Below, piece after piece: positions 59,708 through 64,000 of a stretch of 64,000 nucleotides of DNA. Source of the DNA: an uncultured SAR86 cluster bacterium (GTDB taxonomy: Bacteria > Pseudomonadota > Gammaproteobacteria > Magnimaribacterales > AG-339-G14); assembly GCA_902525735.1 (NCBI GenBank), contig CABZIF010000002.1:144754-208753 (forward strand), in the 5' to 3' direction. Numbering within the stretch: position 1 is the first letter of the stretch; each line of letters starts with the position of its first letter. The notes under the pieces were generated by a model. That model did not search any database and was not told the DNA's origin. It worked only from the letters and a program-made list of their open reading frames with translations. The position numbers and the translations under genes are program-made.

Positions 59708-60424
59708 ATGAAATACTTAATAGCAAATTGGAAGATGAATTCCATTGATATTGATGAATGGCAAAGGGGATTTAATAAAATTTTTGGAGAAATAAAAAAA
59801 GATATAGAAATTATTATCTGTCCCAATTATTTAGATATTATTAAGTGCTCTCAGCAAGCTCCAAATTTAATTATGGCTGCCCAAGATGTTTCCATTCATG
59901 ACGATGGACCTTTTACAGGACAAATCTCTGCTCTCCAACTTTCGAGGAGTTCGGAACAACTAAAATATTGCCTAGTAGGTCATTCTGAAGTTAGATCTAA
60001 AGGAGACAGCAACTCTTTAGTAAGGAAAAAATCTGAAAAATTAGAGAGCAATAATATAAATTCAATACTTTGCGTTGGTGAAGATGAAACTATCTTAAAT
60101 AAGGGAGAGAGAGAGAAATTCCTTCTTGATCAATTAGACTCTCATTTTCAAGGTGGACTCTGTCCAAAATTTATTGCTTATGAACCTATTTGGGCAATCG
60201 GAACAGGTATACCTGCAGATAAAAAGAATATTGATGACGCTTTAAAAATAATTTCTATTTTTTTAAAAGAGAAAAAACTGAAAAAAATTCCTTTGCTTTA
60301 TGGAGGTAGTGTATCTAGTAAAAATATCGAAGAAATTATGTCTTCAGATATTTTGTCAGGATGCTTGGTAGGAAATTCTTCGCTTGATGGAGAAGAATTT
60401 GCTAGAATCGCCAAAAAATTTTAG
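59708..60424 (+). CDS. tpiA: Triosephosphate isomerase
   Basis: ANWKMN, VGHSEVR and AYEPIWAIGTG. Confidence 0.94.
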   Translation: MKYLIANWKMNSIDIDEWQRGFNKIFGEIKKDIEIIICPNYLDIIKCSQQAPNLIMAAQDVSIHDDGPFTGQISALQLSRSSEQLKYCLVGHSEVRSKGDSNSLVRKKSEKLESNNINSILCVGEDETILNKGEREKFLLDQLDSHFQGGLCPKFIAYEPIWAIGTGIPADKKNIDDALKIISIFLKEKKLKKIPLLYGGSVSSKNIEEIMSSDILSGCLVGNSSLDGEEFARIAKKF

Positions 60425-60427
60425 AAG

Positions 60428-60742
60428 ATGTTGGGTGTTTTAGTTGGATTACAAATTTTCATTGCTACTGCTTTGATTTTGATCATTCTTCTTCAGAATG
60501 GAAAAGGTGCCGATATTGGATCAGCCTTTGGCGGCGGAGGAAATAATGCTCTATTGGGGCCTACAGAATCTGCAAATGTTTTAACGAAATTAACATGGAT
60601 ATTGGTCTTTTTATTTTTTGTAAATACAGTAGCAATCTCGGTTTATCAAAAATATTCTTTTGAGTCTGAAATTGAAGTATTCTTGGAAGAATCAGAAGAA
60701 ATTCAGTCAATACCTTCAGAAATAGAAAATTTACCAGAGTGA
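60428..60742 (+). CDS. secG: Preprotein translocase subunit SecG
   Basis: 104 aa with two TM segments and LLQNGKGADIGSAFGGG. Confidence 0.9.
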   Translation: MLGVLVGLQIFIATALILIILLQNGKGADIGSAFGGGGNNALLGPTESANVLTKLTWILVFLFFVNTVAISVYQKYSFESEIEVFLEESEEIQSIPSEIENLPE

Positions 60743-60751
60743 TTATGAAGT

Positions 60752-60838
60752 GCCGAAGTGGTGGAATTGGTAGACACGCTACCTTGAGGGGGTAGTGGGC
60801 TTATGCCCGTGGAGGTTCAAATCCTCTCTTCGGTACCA
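60752..60838 (+). tRNA. leuU: tRNA-Leu (anticodon GAG), CCA encoded
   Basis: GCCGAAGTGGTGGAATTGGTAGACACGCTACCTTGAGGGGGTAG..GGTTCAAATCC..CTTCGGTACCA. It has a long variable arm, and its anticodon loop is TTGAGGG. It follows secG as in E. coli. Confidence 0.93.
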
Positions 60839-60842
60839 ATAC

Positions 60843-60871
60843 TTGACCTTATTTCATCTAAATTTTATACT
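60843..60871 (+). promoter_or_regulatory. Sigma-70 promoter with GC-rich discriminator for the metY-rimP-nusA-infB operon
   Basis: TTGACC (60843-48), a 17-nt spacer, and TATACT (60866-71), followed by CCCGCC (a stringent-type discriminator). It sits about 13 nt before the tRNA 5' end. Confidence 0.65.
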
Positions 60872-60884
60872 CCCGCCACTTAAT

Positions 60885-60961
<77 letters not shown>

Positions 60962-60965
60962 AATT

Positions 60966-60990
60966 TAGGCCCTTTATGGGCCTATTTATT
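60966..60990 (+). terminator. Hairpin plus T-rich tract between metY and rimP (partial terminator/attenuator)
   Basis: TAGGCCC (60966-72), loop TTTAT, and GGGCCTA (60978-84), followed by TTTATT. Confidence 0.55.
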
Positions 60991-61000
60991 ATAATTTAGT

Positions 61001-61456
61001 ATGAAAATAGAAAAGGAGATAGAAGGTATTATTAGCAAGGATATTTGCAATCTTGGTTATATTCTATGGGGTATAGAGTTATCAGGTAAAAACAATTCAA
61101 AACTAATAAGAGTCTATATTGACAGTGAGGATGCACCTATAAATTTAGGAGACTGTGAAAGAGTAAATATACAAATTAAAGAAGTCTTAGAAAACACTGA
61201 GTTTATTAATTTCAATTTTAGCTTAGAAGTTTCTTCACCGGGCATAGAAAGGACTTTTTTTAATATGAAACAGCTTAAGAACTTTAGAGAGCAAACTATA
61301 CTTGTAAAATTTGAAGAAGATTCCCGAAAAGATTCTGTTTTAGGTAAACTTCTTTCTGTTTCTGATAATTATATTGAGGTTATGAACAGCAAAAAAGAAT
61401 CCATTAAAATAGACGCAAATAGTTACATTACATCCAAACTAATTTACAAAGGATAA
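61001..61456 (+). CDS. rimP: Ribosome maturation factor RimP
   Basis: 151 aa with LEVSSPGIERTF. Conserved position before nusA. Confidence 0.88.
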   Translation: MKIEKEIEGIISKDICNLGYILWGIELSGKNNSKLIRVYIDSEDAPINLGDCERVNIQIKEVLENTEFINFNFSLEVSSPGIERTFFNMKQLKNFREQTILVKFEEDSRKDSVLGKLLSVSDNYIEVMNSKKESIKIDANSYITSKLIYKG

Positions 61457-61458
61457 AA

Positions 61459-62931
61459 ATGAATGAAGAAATTTTAACAATAGCTGAGTCTGTATCAAAC
61501 GAGAAAGATTTGCCTAAAGAAACAATTTTTGAAGCAATAGAATTAGCGTTGGCAAGTGCAGCAAAGAAAAAATTTACCGAAGAAGTTTCTATTAAAGTTG
61601 ATATTGATCCTGACACCGGAGAATATTCTTCTTTTAGGACTTGGGAAGTTGTAGATTTTGATAATTATGAAGAACCAAACTTTCATATTTTGGTTGATAG
61701 TGATAATGCAGAAGAAAAAGGGCTCAAAGTTGGAGACATTCATAGAGAACCAATAGAAAATCCAGAATTTGGAAGAATTGCAGCACAGGCTGCCAAACAA
61801 GTCATAGTTCAAAAGGTCAGAGATGCGGAAAGATTGGAAATAATTAAAAAATTTAGACCTTATTTAGGAACATTAATTAATGGAACTGTAAAAAAAGTAA
61901 CAAGAGAATTAATAATCGTAGATTTAGGAGATAACGCAGAAGCTTCTCTGCCAAGAAGAGATTTAGTTCAGGGAGAAATTTACAGAGTAGGAGACAGAAT
62001 TAAAGGAATTCTTGAGGAAAGCGTAAGAGAGAATAGAGGAGCTCAACTAGTTTTATCCAGAAGTAGTAAAGAAATGGTTACTGAATTATTTAAACTTGAG
62101 GTCCCTGAAATCGCTGAGGAGGTAATTCAAATTAGGTCAGTAGCTAGAGATTCAGGAGCGAGAACAAAAATTGCAGTCAAAACTAATGATGTTCGAATAG
62201 ATCCTGTAGGAGCATGTGTTGGGATGAGAGGATCGAGAGTTCAAGCCGTTTCTAATGAATTAGGAAGTGAAAGAATTGACATAGTTGTTTGGGATGATGA
62301 TCCAGCGAAGCTTTTAATAAATACTCTCTCTCCTGCAGAAGTCACCTCCATTGTAATGGACGACGATTCAGGAATCATGGAAGTGGTAGTTAAAGACGAA
62401 AATCTGGCTCTAGCAATCGGAAGAAATGGACAAAATATTAGATTAGCATCTGAGTTGGTTGGCTGGGAAATACAGATAAGTGGAGAAAATGATAATCTTG
62501 ATGTAAAACAATCTCCAGAAAATGCTCTCATAAAATATATGGGTGTAGATCAAGAACTTGCAGATAAGTTGATTGAAAATGGCCTTGACACAGTCCAAAA
62601 AATTTCTCAAGCAGAAGCAAAAGATTTTGAAAACATTGAAGAACTAGATTCAGAAATTATAGATACTTTAATAGAAAGAGCTGAAGAAGCTCTTCTCGAA
62701 ATCGCTATTGCTGAAATGGACGAAGAATCAGTTGAAACTAAAACAGATAGCACCTTGGAAAGCATAGAGTCACTGAAGCCGGAGTATATTGAGCTTTTAA
62801 AAACTGCTGGTATTAAAGATAAAGGGGATTTAGCTGATTTATCTTCTGATGAATTATCTCCAATTTTAGATTTAAGCGAGGAAGAAGCAGGAAAAATAAT
62901 AATGGATGCCCGAGCGGATTGGTTTAATTAA
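61459..62931 (+). CDS. nusA: Transcription termination/antitermination factor NusA
   Basis: 490 aa with S1 and two KH domains (ACVGMRGSRVQAVSNELGSERIDIV) and C-terminal acidic repeats. Confidence 0.96.
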   Translation: MNEEILTIAESVSNEKDLPKETIFEAIELALASAAKKKFTEEVSIKVDIDPDTGEYSSFRTWEVVDFDNYEEPNFHILVDSDNAEEKGLKVGDIHREPIENPEFGRIAAQAAKQVIVQKVRDAERLEIIKKFRPYLGTLINGTVKKVTRELIIVDLGDNAEASLPRRDLVQGEIYRVGDRIKGILEESVRENRGAQLVLSRSSKEMVTELFKLEVPEIAEEVIQIRSVARDSGARTKIAVKTNDVRIDPVGACVGMRGSRVQAVSNELGSERIDIVVWDDDPAKLLINTLSPAEVTSIVMDDDSGIMEVVVKDENLALAIGRNGQNIRLASELVGWEIQISGENDNLDVKQSPENALIKYMGVDQELADKLIENGLDTVQKISQAEAKDFENIEELDSEIIDTLIERAEEALLEIAIAEMDEESVETKTDSTLESIESLKPEYIELLKTAGIKDKGDLADLSSDELSPILDLSEEEAGKIIMDARADWFN

Positions 62932-62944
62932 TTAAAAGAAAAAA

Positions 62945-64000
62945 GTGAACGTAACACAGTTATCAAAAGCGATTGGCTTCGAGCCTGAGAATCTTCTTAA
63001 ACAAATGTCAGCGGCTGGTTTGTCTCATAAGTCAATAACTGATGAGGTTAATAACGAAGATAAAAAAACTCTTTTAAATTTTTTAAAATCTTCAAAGAAG
63101 ACATCAAAAAAAACTATTTCTTTGAAAAAAGATACTCCATCTGCAAAAAAGGGAATATCAATAACCAGGTTAAATCAGAACTTATCTGAAACAAAACCAA
63201 CTGCAAAAGCTGATTTAAGAGGAGACATAGATTTTGATGCTGCAGAAGCAAAAAGAAAAGATGCTGAAAAAAAAGTAGAGCTAGCTAAAGAAGAAAAACA
63301 AAATCAAACTGTAAAAAGGATAAAGAAACCGGCCATTTCGGAAGTAAAAGTTCAAAAAAAACCTTTGGTAAATACTAAAACTCAATTCAAAGAAAAACAA
63401 GATTCAAAAAAAGATAAAAGAGAGCTTGAGGGAGAAAAGTACTTAGAGACAAAACTTTCTAATGTTCAAGAGTTTGAAAAGCCCGCTGAGTTCATTCAAA
63501 AAGAAATTAAAATTCCTGAAACCATCTCCGTTTCAGATCTAGCAAAAGACTTGTCTATTAAATCTGGTGAGTTAATCAAAACTTTAATGAATAATGGGGT
63601 TATGGTCACTCTCAACCAATTCATCGATCAAGAAACAGCTTTAGTTGTTACAGAAGAACTAGGTCATATAGGCATACCCTTTACAGAAAATGAAGAAGAG
63701 GAGAATTTAATTGAAAATATCCTATACGAAGGAGAAGAAGAACCTCGCAATGCAATTGTCTCTGTTTTGGGTCATGTAGATCATGGAAAAACATCTATTC
63801 TTGATTTCATAAGAAAATCGTCTGTTGCTGACACGGAAGAGGGTGGAATTACTCAAGGAATCGGTGCTTATCAAGTTCCATATAATGACTCATTAATAAC
63901 TTTCATCGATACACCTGGACATGCAGCTTTTTCACAAATGCGAGCAAGAGGAGCTAATTCAACCGATATAGTTATTTTGGTCGTCGCTGCCGACGACAGC
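62945..64000 (+). CDS. infB: Translation initiation factor IF-2 (3' end beyond window)
   Basis: GTG at 62945, and the frame stays open to the window edge (352 codons). The G domain is in frame ([22 protein letters not shown]). It is not in the ORF track because it has no stop in the window. Confidence 0.9.
   Translation, partial: MNVTQLSKAIGFEPENLLKQMSAAGLSHKSITDEVNNEDKKTLLNFLKSSKKTSKKTISLKKDTPSAKKGISITRLNQNLSETKPTAKADLRGDIDFDAAEAKRKDAEKKVELAKEEKQNQTVKRIKKPAISEVKVQKKPLVNTKTQFKEKQDSKKDKRELEGEKYLETKLSNVQEFEKPAEFIQKEIKIPETISVSDLAKDLSIKSGELIKTLMNNGVMVTLNQFIDQETALVVTEELGHIGIPFTENEEEENLIENILYEGEEEPRNAIVSVLGHVDHGKTSILDFIRKSSVADTEEGGITQGIGAYQVPYNDSLITFIDTPGHAAFSQMRARGANSTDIVILVVAADDS

Overview
The window is AT-rich and very tightly packed, and almost all of it is core housekeeping sequence from a Gammaproteobacterium. 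Gene order resembles Pseudomonas and E. coli. The compaction suggests a streamlined marine-type lineage, but that is inference only. By my coordinates only about 1.4 kb of the 64 kb lies outside a gene call. In order, the window holds: rplQ(partial)/uvrA/ssb; fabB-fabA; rplU-rpmA-obg-proB; rpsT; a TetR regulator; ssrA (tmRNA)-smpB; an NSS transporter; bamE; fur-grpE-dnaK-dnaJ-dapB. Then comes the long string rpsB-tsf-frr-uppS-cdsA-dxr-rseP-bamA-skp-lpxD-fabZ-lpxA-lpxB-rnhB-dnaE-accA-tilS. After that: leuA; a small psi-like ORF with rimI; a Tas-like aldo/keto reductase; an ElaA-like GNAT; valS-holC-pepA; lptF-lptG; an RDD protein; a small membrane protein; dapD-dapC-map. The window ends with carA-carB-greA-rlmE-ftsH-folP-glmM-tpiA-secG-tRNA-Leu-tRNA-fMet-rimP-nusA-infB(partial). 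I found no mobile element, CRISPR array, prophage, defence island or other accessory cluster, so I cannot honestly point to a novel multi-gene system here. The items most worth a second look are small or regulatory. (1) A 106-codon open frame at 39043..39363 (minus strand) encodes a TM helix plus a clear cold-shock domain. It has no canonical in-frame start, and an out-of-frame ATG lies upstream across a U UUU UUC / T-run. (2) The carA leader carries a terminator-like hairpin inside a 34-codon uORF, which looks like a pyrBI-style attenuator. (3) A 97-aa ORF upstream of rimI looks like a minimal DNA polymerase III psi subunit. (4) pyrH, recN and glnD are missing from otherwise conserved gene strings, and the uvrA/ssb region has no SOS box. 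(5) Convergent genes share or abut their stop codons. (6) DnaJ has only three of its four CxxCxGxG motifs.
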